Positions 34,765 to 43,805 of a stretch of 64,000 nt of DNA are shown here, one piece after another. Position numbers and translations under genes: made by a program. Source of the DNA: Prevotellaceae bacterium UBA2448 (GTDB lineage Bacteria > Bacteroidota > Bacteroidia > Bacteroidales > Bacteroidaceae); NCBI GenBank assembly GCA_002342585.1, contig DDQG01000007.1, positions 11,120-75,119 on the forward strand, written 5' to 3'. The notes under the pieces were generated by a model, which saw only the letters and a list, made by a program, of their open reading frames with translations, ran no database searches and was not told where the DNA came from. Numbering within the stretch: the first letter of the stretch is position 1; the number at the start of each line of letters is the position of its first letter.

Positions 34765-35463
34765 TTGACAACTGAATTTCGGTTCAAACAATTTATAGTG
34801 AAGCACGATCGTTGCGCCATGAAAGTAGGCACAGACGGCGTGCTTCTTGGTTCATGGGTAAGTCCGGAAGGCAATAGAGCCTTCGACATAGGTTGCGGCA
34901 CAGGTCTCATAGCCCTTATGTTGGCACAAAGGAATCCGAACCTCAACATCATCGGTATAGACATTGACGAAGAAGCAGTAGAACAGGCAAAGGAAAATGC
35001 AGAAAACAGTCGGTGGAATGAGCGAATTGAAATAAAAAAGCACGATTTCAACGACGATTTCCTCTCTTCCGAACCTTTTGACCTGATTGTGAGCAACCCA
35101 CCCTTCTACAAAGAAGACACAAATTGTCCGGACCAGACAAGAAACAAAGCCCGCCATTCGTCTTCTTTGCCCATAAGTGTATTGATGGAAAAGAGCAGCA
35201 AACTGCTTTCGCCACAGGGGAAAGTGGCTGTCATAGTGCCCTACTCTGCTGCAACCGACACAATAAGCGAGGCAGCAATTGCAGGACTATACTTGAGACG
35301 ACGAACAGACGTAAAGACTACTCCTCGGAAGGCTGCCATAAGGGTTATGCTGGAATTCAGTCGCGACACAGAACCTGCCACAAGAAACGAGCTCCTGCTG
35401 CGAGATGATACAGGCGAATGGAGTAAAGAGTACAAATTACTCACGCAGGATTTCTATTTATAA
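34765..35463 (+). CDS. tRNA1(Val) (adenine37-N6)-methyltransferase (YfiC/TrmN6-like)
   Basis: 232 aa. TTG is the only possible start, because an in-frame TAG lies 2 codons upstream. Motifs: [32 protein letters not shown], and the NPPFY catalytic motif. Confidence 0.75.
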   Translation: MTTEFRFKQFIVKHDRCAMKVGTDGVLLGSWVSPEGNRAFDIGCGTGLIALMLAQRNPNLNIIGIDIDEEAVEQAKENAENSRWNERIEIKKHDFNDDFLSSEPFDLIVSNPPFYKEDTNCPDQTRNKARHSSSLPISVLMEKSSKLLSPQGKVAVIVPYSAATDTISEAAIAGLYLRRRTDVKTTPRKAAIRVMLEFSRDTEPATRNELLLRDDTGEWSKEYKLLTQDFYL

Positions 35464-35491
35464 TGAAAAAGTCGTACCTTCGCATCCGTTT

Positions 35492-36253
35492 ATGGGAAAA
35501 GGAAAATTAGCTAAATTTGCAGATGTGGCAGCCAATCCGTTGGTTGTAGAATGTCCGTTCTGGCAATTGCAGAAGGAAGGGTTCGCTCTGAAAGGCAACT
35601 GGCACAAGGACTTCTTCCACAACGACAATCCAATCGTACTGGAACTGGGGTGTGGCAGAGGCGAATACACCTTAGGACTGGCACGCAGATACCCCGACAA
35701 AAACTTCATTGGTGTTGACATAAAGGGTTCGAGAATATGGCACGGAGCACAAGAGGCTCTGCACGAAGACATGAAGAATGTAGGTTTTCTGCGCACAAAC
35801 ATAGAGTGCATAGACGGACTCTTTGGCGAAGCAGAGGTAAGCGAATTGTGGCTTACATTCAGCGACCCACAAATGAAGAAAGCCACAAAACGTCTCACTT
35901 CCACCTTTTTCCTGGAAAGATACCGCAAGTTTCTTATCGATGGCGGAATCATAAACGTGAAGACCGACTCGAACTTCCTTGCCACATATACTAAATACCT
36001 GGTTGAGAAGAATAACCTGCCGCTAAAAGCTTTTACAGAAGACCTGTATGCAGCAAAGGGAATGGACGAAGCACTTACAAGCATCCAGACCTACTACGAA
36101 GGCATGTGGCTGGAGAGAGGCATAGCTATAAAATACATACAGTTCCAGTTGCCAAAAGAAGGAGAACTACAGGAACCAGACGTAGAAATCCCTGTAGATG
36201 GCTACCGTTCCTACGGACACGAGGTGGTGAGTACAAAGGCGATGAGGAAGTGA
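35492..36253 (+). CDS. trmB: tRNA (guanine46-N7)-methyltransferase
   Basis: ORF 35405-36253 trimmed to [12 protein letters not shown]... (ATG 35492). Supporting stretches: [15 protein letters not shown] and [13 protein letters not shown]. Confidence 0.8.
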   Translation: MGKGKLAKFADVAANPLVVECPFWQLQKEGFALKGNWHKDFFHNDNPIVLELGCGRGEYTLGLARRYPDKNFIGVDIKGSRIWHGAQEALHEDMKNVGFLRTNIECIDGLFGEAEVSELWLTFSDPQMKKATKRLTSTFFLERYRKFLIDGGIINVKTDSNFLATYTKYLVEKNNLPLKAFTEDLYAAKGMDEALTSIQTYYEGMWLERGIAIKYIQFQLPKEGELQEPDVEIPVDGYRSYGHEVVSTKAMRK

Positions 36254-36309
36254 ACTGAGAGTTTAGAGTTTATAGATAATAGATAATAGTTGAAAGTTGA
36301 GAGTTAAGA
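36254..36309. repeat. tandem array of eight units with a 7-bp period
   Basis: actgaga|gtttaga|gtttata|gataata|gataata|gttgaaa|gttgaga|gttaaga starts at the base after the trmB stop codon. Confidence 0.75.
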
Positions 36310-36325
36310 AATATTTTAAACAGAA

Positions 36326-37390
36326 ATGACAATATATCCACAACTTATAATAGATGCGCTGAAAACGGTGCGTTATCCAGGCAACGGAAAAAACCTGGTG
36401 GAGGCAGAGATGGTAGAGGACGACATCCGTATCGACGGAATGAAGGTGTCCTTTTCCATAATTTTTCCTAAAGCTACAGACCCTTTCCGTAAATCTGTGA
36501 TGAAGGCAGCAGAAGCTGCTGTGAAACTATATGTTTCGAAAGAGTGTGAAGTAACTGTAAAGGAAAAGGTTGTAGAACAGCCCGATGCTGAAGAGGAACG
36601 AGTGCTGAAAAACGTAAAACACATCATTGCCGTAAGTTCGGGCAAAGGTGGTGTGGGCAAAAGTACAGTTACAGCCAACCTCGCCATTGGTTTGGCAAAA
36701 ATGGGACACAGAGTAGGTCTGCTCGACTGCGACATATTCGGTCCGTCGATGCCTAAGATGTTTCAAGTTGAGGATGCCCGTCCTTACGCAGAAAATGTAA
36801 ACGGGAAAGACCTCATTGCCCCTATCGAGAAATATGGTGTAAAACTGTTGTCCATCGGATTCTTCGTAGATCCTGCTCAAGCTACACTATGGCGTGGAGC
36901 TATGGCTTGCAATGCAATAAAACAACTCATCGAGGAAGCCAACTGGGGCGAACTGGATTATATGATTCTGGACACTCCTCCTGGCACAAGCGACATACAC
37001 CTCACATTAATACAAACCCTGCAGCTGACTGGAGCAGTAATCGTTTCCACTCCACAGGAAGTGGCACTTGCAGATGCACGAAAGGGTGTGAATATGTATA
37101 TGAACGAAAAGGTGAATGTACCTATTCTCGGACTTGTGGAAAACATGGCTTGGTTCACTCCTGCCCAGCATCCGGACGAGAAATACTATATCTTTGGCAA
37201 AGAAGGCGCAAAACGACTGGCAGAAGAACTGAATGTACCCCTGTTGGGACAGATTCCACTTATCCAAGACATCTGTGAAGGCTGCGACAACGGACTTCCA
37301 GCCGTTCTTGACCCGGCATCGCCACAAGGAATGGCTCTCATGAGTCTGGCTGCCAAAGTAGTAACAAGAGTTGACGGACTAACTCAATAA
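36326..37390 (+). CDS. Mrp/NBP35 (ApbC) family iron-sulfur cluster carrier ATPase
   Basis: 354 aa with an N-terminal DUF59-like region. It has the deviant Walker A SGKGGVGKST and the CDIFGPS and ENMAWF motifs. Confidence 0.85.
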   Translation: MTIYPQLIIDALKTVRYPGNGKNLVEAEMVEDDIRIDGMKVSFSIIFPKATDPFRKSVMKAAEAAVKLYVSKECEVTVKEKVVEQPDAEEERVLKNVKHIIAVSSGKGGVGKSTVTANLAIGLAKMGHRVGLLDCDIFGPSMPKMFQVEDARPYAENVNGKDLIAPIEKYGVKLLSIGFFVDPAQATLWRGAMACNAIKQLIEEANWGELDYMILDTPPGTSDIHLTLIQTLQLTGAVIVSTPQEVALADARKGVNMYMNEKVNVPILGLVENMAWFTPAQHPDEKYYIFGKEGAKRLAEELNVPLLGQIPLIQDICEGCDNGLPAVLDPASPQGMALMSLAAKVVTRVDGLTQ

Positions 37391-37431
37391 CCTATAACCT
37401 CAAAGTTCAATAACCCATAACCAATAACCTA
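37387..37431. repeat. tandem array with a 7-bp period (ATAACCN-type)
   Basis: aataacc|tataacc|tcaaagt|tcaataa|cccataa|ccaataa|cct... spans the Mrp stop codon through to the next start codon. Confidence 0.7.
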
Positions 37432-37433
37432 AA

Positions 37434-39992
37434 ATGAACTACAAGAAGATTTTGCCAGATGTGCTTTGCATAGTACTGTTCGCAGTAATTTCATTTGCCT
37501 ACTTCTACCCTGCTGTAACAGAGGGAAGACGCATAGAGCAGCACGATAGCAACGCCAATGACGGCATAAACGTGGTCATAAACCAATACAGAGCAACTCA
37601 CAACGGGGAAACTCCACGATGGAACAATTCCCTGTTTGGTGGTATGCCTACATATCAGATTGCCCCGTCATATGACTCAATGGAGTCTATGTCGTTTATA
37701 GAGAAAGCCTACCACCTATGGCTTCCCGACTACGTTTGGTATATCTTCGCATCTATGCTCGGATTCTATATCCTGCTCCGTGCATTCGACTTCAAACAAT
37801 GGATGGCGGCATTGGGCGCTATCATCTGGGCATTCTCTTCATATTTCTTTATCATCATTGCTGCAGGACACATATGGAAGGTGATGACTCTGGCATACAT
37901 TCCTCCTACAATTGCAGGAATGGTTCTCTGCTACAGAAAGAAATATATCTGGGGATGTGTGCTCACCACCCTATTTGCCGCACTTCAGGTAAAGTCCAAC
38001 CACGTACAGATGACTTATTATTTCCTCTTGCCGGAAATAATGATTGTACTCGCCTTTCTCATTGATGCTGTACTGAAAAAAGAGATCGCAGCCTTTCTCA
38101 AGGCATCAGCAGCAGTTCTGATTGCAGCAGTTCTGGCTATCGGAATGAATGTGTCGAACCTTTACCACACATATGAATATCAGAAGGAAACTATGCGCGG
38201 AAAGTCGGAACTGGTAAAAGCCACAAAGACAGAAGACCAAACTGATACAGGACTGGAGCGCTCTTACATAACTGCATGGAGTTACGGAATAGACGAGACT
38301 ATGACTTTCATTATTCCTAACTACAGAGGTGGAGCAAGCATGCCACTTTCGATGAACCAGACAGCTATGAAAAAAGCCGACCTGAGACTGGCAAATGCAG
38401 GCATCTACGGAGCATTCAGTCAGTACTGGGGTGAACAGCCTGGCACAAGCGGACCTGTCTATCTTGGTGCTATTGTCTGCATGCTTTTCATACTGAGCCT
38501 CATCGTTATTCCAAATAAAAATCCGATGAAATGGGCTCTTCTCATAGCTACAGCCATCACTCTGATGCTGAGTTGGGGACACAATTTCATGTCTTTCACC
38601 GACTTCTTCATCGATAATGTTCCGATGTATGCTAAGTTCCGAACTGTCGCAAGCATTCTGGTTGTAGTAGAATTCACCGTTCCGCTGATGGCTATGTGGG
38701 GACTGAAACTCTGGATGGAAAAGCCGAACAGACTTCAATTACTCATTGCCACAGGCATAACGGTTTTAGTAGTACTCCTGCTTATGTTTACAGCAGACGA
38801 GTGCCTAAGTACAAACGATGTAATGTCTATAAAGAGCTATGTGGCACAGGAATATTTCGATGCCAATACAGGTCAGCAAATACTTGATAGCATTAGCACT
38901 ATGCGTAAAGCCATGCTGATGTCTGACGGCTGGCGCTCTATGATATTCATTCTGATAGCAGCCGTAGCTTTGTTCTACTATGCTTCAAATAAGAAAGATG
39001 AAAACAATATAAAACTGACAAACGGAATCGTAATTGTTCTCATGATACTGTGTCTTGTAGATATGTGGCAAGTAAACAAACGTTATCTGAACGACGGATT
39101 CTTCGTTAAACCACAGGGATTGGCTCGTATTCAGAAGACAGAAGCCGATGATTACATCCTGACAAAGAGTGGAACAGGCAGAGACTACAGAGTGCTAAAC
39201 CTTACCGTATCTACTTTCAACGACAACACCACAAGTGCCTTCTATAGTTCAGTTGGCGGATATCATGCAGCAAAACTGAGAAGATACCAGGAACTCATAG
39301 AGACTCATATTGCACAAGAGATAAACAATATCTATGTAGCACTAAGGAATGCACCTATGGATACTGTCAGGATGGCTGAAGAACAGTCACCATACCCGAT
39401 ATACGACCTGTCGACTCAAAACACAGATTCACTCTACCCAGTCATAAACATGCTCAATACCCGCTGGTTCATACTGGCCGCAGGCGAAGGTGGCAAGATA
39501 AAACTCCCCGTTGAAAACACAGGAGCTGACGGCAATGCATGGTTCGTAAAGGATGCAGTTTATGCACACAACGCCAACGAAGAACTCGACCTTGTGGGTA
39601 AGGTAAATCCTAAACATACAGCTGTGGTGGCTCAAAAAGACTTTGGTTTCTTGCAAGCCGGAGGCAAGGGAGAAGTTCGTATGACAGACTATTCAACCAC
39701 AGAAGCTACATACGAAACAGAATCAGCTGAGGGCGGATTGGTAGTATTCTCAGAAGTTTATTACCCTGGATGGAATGCAACCATAGACGGCAAACCCACA
39801 GAAATAGGTCGGGCAGACTATGTACTCAGAGCTATGAATGTGCCAGCAGGAAAGCACGTGATAAAATTCTCGTACGACCCACAATCGGTTCACACAACCG
39901 AAGCTATAGCCTACTCCGCATTAGCTATATTCCTGTTCATGGTGGCACTTTCGATAGCGATGACATACAGAAAGAGAAAGCAGAAGAACTGA
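37434..39992 (+). CDS. YfhO-family integral membrane protein (putative glycosyl-transfer/lipid-linked sugar utilisation)
   Basis: 852 aa with many TM helices in the first about 560 aa, a soluble C-terminal domain, and a final TM. The overall layout and the N-terminal FAYFYPAV... match YfhO-like proteins of Bacteroidota. Confidence 0.6.
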   Translation: MNYKKILPDVLCIVLFAVISFAYFYPAVTEGRRIEQHDSNANDGINVVINQYRATHNGETPRWNNSLFGGMPTYQIAPSYDSMESMSFIEKAYHLWLPDYVWYIFASMLGFYILLRAFDFKQWMAALGAIIWAFSSYFFIIIAAGHIWKVMTLAYIPPTIAGMVLCYRKKYIWGCVLTTLFAALQVKSNHVQMTYYFLLPEIMIVLAFLIDAVLKKEIAAFLKASAAVLIAAVLAIGMNVSNLYHTYEYQKETMRGKSELVKATKTEDQTDTGLERSYITAWSYGIDETMTFIIPNYRGGASMPLSMNQTAMKKADLRLANAGIYGAFSQYWGEQPGTSGPVYLGAIVCMLFILSLIVIPNKNPMKWALLIATAITLMLSWGHNFMSFTDFFIDNVPMYAKFRTVASILVVVEFTVPLMAMWGLKLWMEKPNRLQLLIATGITVLVVLLLMFTADECLSTNDVMSIKSYVAQEYFDANTGQQILDSISTMRKAMLMSDGWRSMIFILIAAVALFYYASNKKDENNIKLTNGIVIVLMILCLVDMWQVNKRYLNDGFFVKPQGLARIQKTEADDYILTKSGTGRDYRVLNLTVSTFNDNTTSAFYSSVGGYHAAKLRRYQELIETHIAQEINNIYVALRNAPMDTVRMAEEQSPYPIYDLSTQNTDSLYPVINMLNTRWFILAAGEGGKIKLPVENTGADGNAWFVKDAVYAHNANEELDLVGKVNPKHTAVVAQKDFGFLQAGGKGEVRMTDYSTTEATYETESAEGGLVVFSEVYYPGWNATIDGKPTEIGRADYVLRAMNVPAGKHVIKFSYDPQSVHTTEAIAYSALAIFLFMVALSIAMTYRKRKQKN

Positions 39993-40032
39993 TTTTTGCA
40001 TATTCCTTTTTCACAATTCACTTTATTATTCG

Positions 40033-40040
40033 TACCTTTG
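40033..40040 (+). promoter_or_regulatory. putative -7 box (TAnnTTTG)
   Basis: TACCTTTG (context gtacctttgcaac) ends 22 nt before ATG 40062. Confidence 0.45.
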
Positions 40041-40061
40041 CAACGTTTTTGACAAACAACT

Positions 40062-40607
40062 ATGACAACAGAAGAACAATTCAAATTGGCTATGGCAGGA
40101 TGTCGCGAAGTATTCTTCAAGAAACTTCACGACTATGGAGCAGCATGGAGAATAATGCGACCAGCCAGTGTGACTGATCAGATATTCATCAAAGCCAATA
40201 GGATAAGAAGCCTTGAAGTAAAAGGCGAATCGTGGGTTGGCGAAGGCATCTATCCTGAATTTCAAGCCATAGTAAACTACGGTATTGTAGGACTAATCCA
40301 GTTGGAACTGGGATACGCAGAGACAGAGGACATAAACGTGGAAAAAGCTATGAAACTGTACGACAAGTATGCTGACTCTGCACTAAAACTGATGATAAAG
40401 AAGAATCACGATTACGACGAGGCTTGGCGTTCAATGCGCATCAGTTCCTACACAGATCTGATTCTGATGAAGTTGAACCGCACAAAACAAATCGAAGGAA
40501 ATGACGGCAAGACTCTCATCTCGGAGGGTATCGATGCCAATTACCTCGATATGATAAACTATTCCGTGTTCGGACTGATTAAGTTGGACGAAGCAGGGGA
40601 TAAATAA
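40062..40607 (+). CDS. DUF1599 domain protein
   Basis: 181 aa made of two internal repeats (KLHDYGAAWRIMR... / KNHDYDEAWRSMR...). It sits before the DoxX-like gene and tpiA, as in other Bacteroidales. Confidence 0.6.
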   Translation: MTTEEQFKLAMAGCREVFFKKLHDYGAAWRIMRPASVTDQIFIKANRIRSLEVKGESWVGEGIYPEFQAIVNYGIVGLIQLELGYAETEDINVEKAMKLYDKYADSALKLMIKKNHDYDEAWRSMRISSYTDLILMKLNRTKQIEGNDGKTLISEGIDANYLDMINYSVFGLIKLDEAGDK

Positions 40608-41803
40608 TGAACGAACAGAAAAAGATAACAATAGAAAAGGTTCTGACGAATATCAGCCGATTTCTGCTGGCAGGAGTGTTTATATTCTCAGGATTCATCA
40701 AAGCGAACGACCCATACGGCACTGTGTTCAAACTACACGAGTATGCCACGGCGTTCGGACTGGAAGGCATACCTTTTCTGACGCTAGTGATTATAGCGTT
40801 AATGCTGGCGATACTTGAATTCTCTGTTGGTGTACATATGCTCTTTGGCATGAGCCGCGTCATCATAGCAAAGCTCACCCTCTTATTTATGATGGTAATG
40901 ACTTTGCTGACAGCTTACATCTGGTGGGGCGACCCTGTTCCCGACTGCGGATGTTTTGGTGATGTGATAATCCTGAGCAATGGGATGACCTTCGTAAAAA
41001 ACATAGTGCTACTGGCTGCGGCAATAATGAATTATAAATTCAGCCACCTGCACATAAAAATAGTAGGTCACAACACCCAATGGCTGATAACGCTCTTCTG
41101 CGTAATATACATATTTGTATATTCACTTATATGTTTCTACGCCTTACCTTGGATGGACACAAGTCCATATAAAATAGGTACAGACATGAGAAGTGCCGAG
41201 GGCAGGAAAGCCACAGCCGGTTTCTATGTAGTAGATTCCGAAAGTGGAGAAGAAGTAACCGACGAGATAATCGACAGAGATGGTTATACGTTCATACTTT
41301 CTATTGCCAATCTGCGCAGAGCCGACGAGGGATGCGTTGATTTGGTAAATGATATATATGAATACAGTCAGGCAAACGGATATAAGTTTTACTGTCTGAC
41401 ATCATCAACCGACCAGGAGACGCAAGACTACTGGAGAGACCATACAGGTGCTGAATACCCATTCTACGAAAGCGACGAAACGGAACTTAAAATGGTTGTT
41501 CGCACATCGCCAGGACTACTCCTAATGAAGGACGGAGTTATCATCGGAAAATGGAGCAACTACATGATGCCAACAGAGGAACGATTAAACGGCAGACTGG
41601 AAGACCTTCCGATAGGACAGCTCCACGATGTAGAAGGCAGGAAACTACTTGACTGGCTACTCTACTTCCTCATGCCGCTGATACTGATAATCCTCATCGA
41701 CCGCATTGGTTCCGGATTCTCATGGTATCGACACTGGCGTCAAAAATCGCGTAAGTTGCAGTTGGAAAAATTACAAGAACAGATAAGTAATCAAATAAAA
41801 TAA
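40607..41803 (+). CDS. DoxX-like membrane protein with a C-terminal thioredoxin-fold-like domain (BT_3928-like)
   Basis: 398 aa. The N-terminal four or so TM helices contain a DCGCFG motif. A soluble domain follows, then a terminal TM. Confidence 0.55.
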   Translation: MNEQKKITIEKVLTNISRFLLAGVFIFSGFIKANDPYGTVFKLHEYATAFGLEGIPFLTLVIIALMLAILEFSVGVHMLFGMSRVIIAKLTLLFMMVMTLLTAYIWWGDPVPDCGCFGDVIILSNGMTFVKNIVLLAAAIMNYKFSHLHIKIVGHNTQWLITLFCVIYIFVYSLICFYALPWMDTSPYKIGTDMRSAEGRKATAGFYVVDSESGEEVTDEIIDRDGYTFILSIANLRRADEGCVDLVNDIYEYSQANGYKFYCLTSSTDQETQDYWRDHTGAEYPFYESDETELKMVVRTSPGLLLMKDGVIIGKWSNYMMPTEERLNGRLEDLPIGQLHDVEGRKLLDWLLYFLMPLILIILIDRIGSGFSWYRHWRQKSRKLQLEKLQEQISNQIK

Positions 41804-41860
41804 ATTATTAACAACGCCTTGTTCCTTAATGAGAGGATATAGGCACAAAACGAAATTATT

Positions 41861-42619
41861 ATGGCAAAGAAAATTGTTGCAGGCAACTGGAAGATGAACA
41901 AGAATCTTCAGGAAGGTATTGAATTGGCACAGGGTCTTAAGGATGCTCTTGCTGCTGACAAACCAAATTGTGATGTAATCATTTGTACTCCTTTTATCCA
42001 CCTCGCTAAGGTTTCTGACCTTCTCGACCACAACACAATTAAGTTGGGCGCTGAGAACTGTGCAGACAAGGCTTCTGGTGCTTTCACAGGTGAAGTTTCA
42101 GCAGAAATGGTTAAGTCAACAGGTGCTGAATATGTAATTCTCGGTCACTCTGAGCGCCGCGAATACTACAACGAGACTCCAGCAATCTTGAAGGAGAAGG
42201 TTGACCTCGCTCTGGCAAACGGTCTGAAAGTTATCTTCTGTATCGGTGAATCTCTCCAGAAACGTGAAGCAAACAAACAGGAAGCTGTATGTAAGGCTGA
42301 ACTCGAAGGTAGCGTATTCCACCTGACAGCAGAACAGTTTGCAAACGTAGTTATCGCATACGAGCCAATCTGGGCTATTGGTACTGGCAAGACAGCTACA
42401 GCAGAGCAGGCTGAAGAAATCCACTCATACATCCGTTCTGTAATCGCAAAGAAGTATGGCGACAAGGTTGCAGCTGACACTTCAATCCTCTACGGAGGTT
42501 CTTGCAAAGCAAGCAATGCTCCTGAACTCTTCGCTAAGCCAGACATCGATGGCGGACTCATCGGCGGTGCTTCTCTGAAGGTAGCAGACTTCAAGGGCAT
42601 CATCGACGCTTGGAAATAA
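41861..42619 (+). CDS. tpiA: triose-phosphate isomerase
   Basis: 252 aa with [26 protein letters not shown] and GGASLK motifs. Confidence 0.95.
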   Translation: MAKKIVAGNWKMNKNLQEGIELAQGLKDALAADKPNCDVIICTPFIHLAKVSDLLDHNTIKLGAENCADKASGAFTGEVSAEMVKSTGAEYVILGHSERREYYNETPAILKEKVDLALANGLKVIFCIGESLQKREANKQEAVCKAELEGSVFHLTAEQFANVVIAYEPIWAIGTGKTATAEQAEEIHSYIRSVIAKKYGDKVAADTSILYGGSCKASNAPELFAKPDIDGGLIGGASLKVADFKGIIDAWK

Positions 42620-42644
42620 GAAAATAAACTAAGCACAGCAGAGT

Positions 42645-43175
42645 ATGAAAAGACTCGCACATATCTTCATTCTTCTTTTATTCACCTGTTTGGCAAGTGC
42701 ACAGATTCGTTTTATGGACAATCTTACACGTGTAGTCGCGGGTCAAGGTAAGGTAACCGTCAGTCAAGACGAACGCCTCACTCAGATTATCAATGGCGAA
42801 AAGCCAAAAGAGGTCGACAACGACAAGGATAAAGACAAAGAGGTTGATAAGGAGAAGGAAGAAGAAAACATCGATAACCCAGCCTTGGTCACTCCCGTAG
42901 GGAAGAAGACCAAGGTAAGGGGCTATCGTGTTCAAATTTATTGGGGAGGAAGCACTCGCTCAGACCAGAGCAGGGCTCAGCAAGCAGCTAATCAGTCCAT
43001 GTCGCTCTTCCCTCAGTACAATGCCTACACATCGTTCGAATCACCTCACTGGAGATGTCGCGTGGGTGACTTCAAAGAAAGACATGAAGCCGTCGAAGCA
43101 CTCCGAGAGTTGAAGAAAGCCGGAATTGCCCGCGAAGCAATGATTGTGCGTTCCGAAATCTTCATCTACCAGTAG
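42645..43175 (+). CDS. SPOR domain-containing protein
   Basis: 176 aa with a signal peptide and a K/D/E-rich linker. The C-terminal GYRVQIYWGG...WRCRVGDFKERHEA matches the SPOR fold pattern. Confidence 0.7.
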   Translation: MKRLAHIFILLLFTCLASAQIRFMDNLTRVVAGQGKVTVSQDERLTQIINGEKPKEVDNDKDKDKEVDKEKEEENIDNPALVTPVGKKTKVRGYRVQIYWGGSTRSDQSRAQQAANQSMSLFPQYNAYTSFESPHWRCRVGDFKERHEAVEALRELKKAGIAREAMIVRSEIFIYQ

Positions 43176-43233
43176 CAGGACGCAATTTAGGTAAAAGGGT
43201 TCTATCACCCCTTCAAAAAAAATAATCTATTTA

Positions 43234-43803
43234 ATGGAAGAAAAGAAACAAATCGAGGCTATCGAAGAGATAGTCCGCAGAAATCTTGAAGTCATAGGAG
43301 AGGACGCAAACCGTGAAGGTCTGTTGAAGACTCCCCACCGAGTAGCACGTTCAATGCTAGCACTCACCAGCGGATATAATCAGGATGCCGCCCAAGTGCT
43401 CAACTCAGCTAAGTTTGCTGAGACCAGCAACAAGATGATTATTGTAAAGGATATTGAATTCTACTCGCTTTGTGAGCACCATATCCTGCCGTTTTTTGGC
43501 AAAGCTCACATAGCATATATTCCAAACGGATACATTGTAGGACTGAGTAAATTACCACGCGTAGTGAATGTATTTTCACGACGTTTGCAAGTGCAGGAAC
43601 GCTTGACTCGTGAAATATGCCACTGCATTCAAGATACCCTCAACGCAAAAGGAGTAATGGTAGTACTCGAAGCACAACACCTCTGTATGCAGATGCGAGG
43701 TGTGGAAAAGCAGGGAGCTATCACTGTGACTCGTGAATACACAGGACAGTTTGCAGAAGACTCATCACTCCGACAAGAATTTCTCGACATGATCAGGCAA
43801 TAA
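43234..43803 (+). CDS. folE: GTP cyclohydrolase I
   Basis: 189 aa with [22 protein letters not shown] and [11 protein letters not shown] motifs. Confidence 0.92.
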   Translation: MEEKKQIEAIEEIVRRNLEVIGEDANREGLLKTPHRVARSMLALTSGYNQDAAQVLNSAKFAETSNKMIIVKDIEFYSLCEHHILPFFGKAHIAYIPNGYIVGLSKLPRVVNVFSRRLQVQERLTREICHCIQDTLNAKGVMVVLEAQHLCMQMRGVEKQGAITVTREYTGQFAEDSSLRQEFLDMIRQ

Positions 43804-43805
43804 TT

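Noticed and set aside
42820-42880. GAT/AAG-rich repeat (DNDKDKDKEVDKEKEEEN) in the SPOR protein.
   Set aside because: This is an ordinary charged low-complexity linker, common between the signal peptide and the SPOR domain. It is not a distinct feature.
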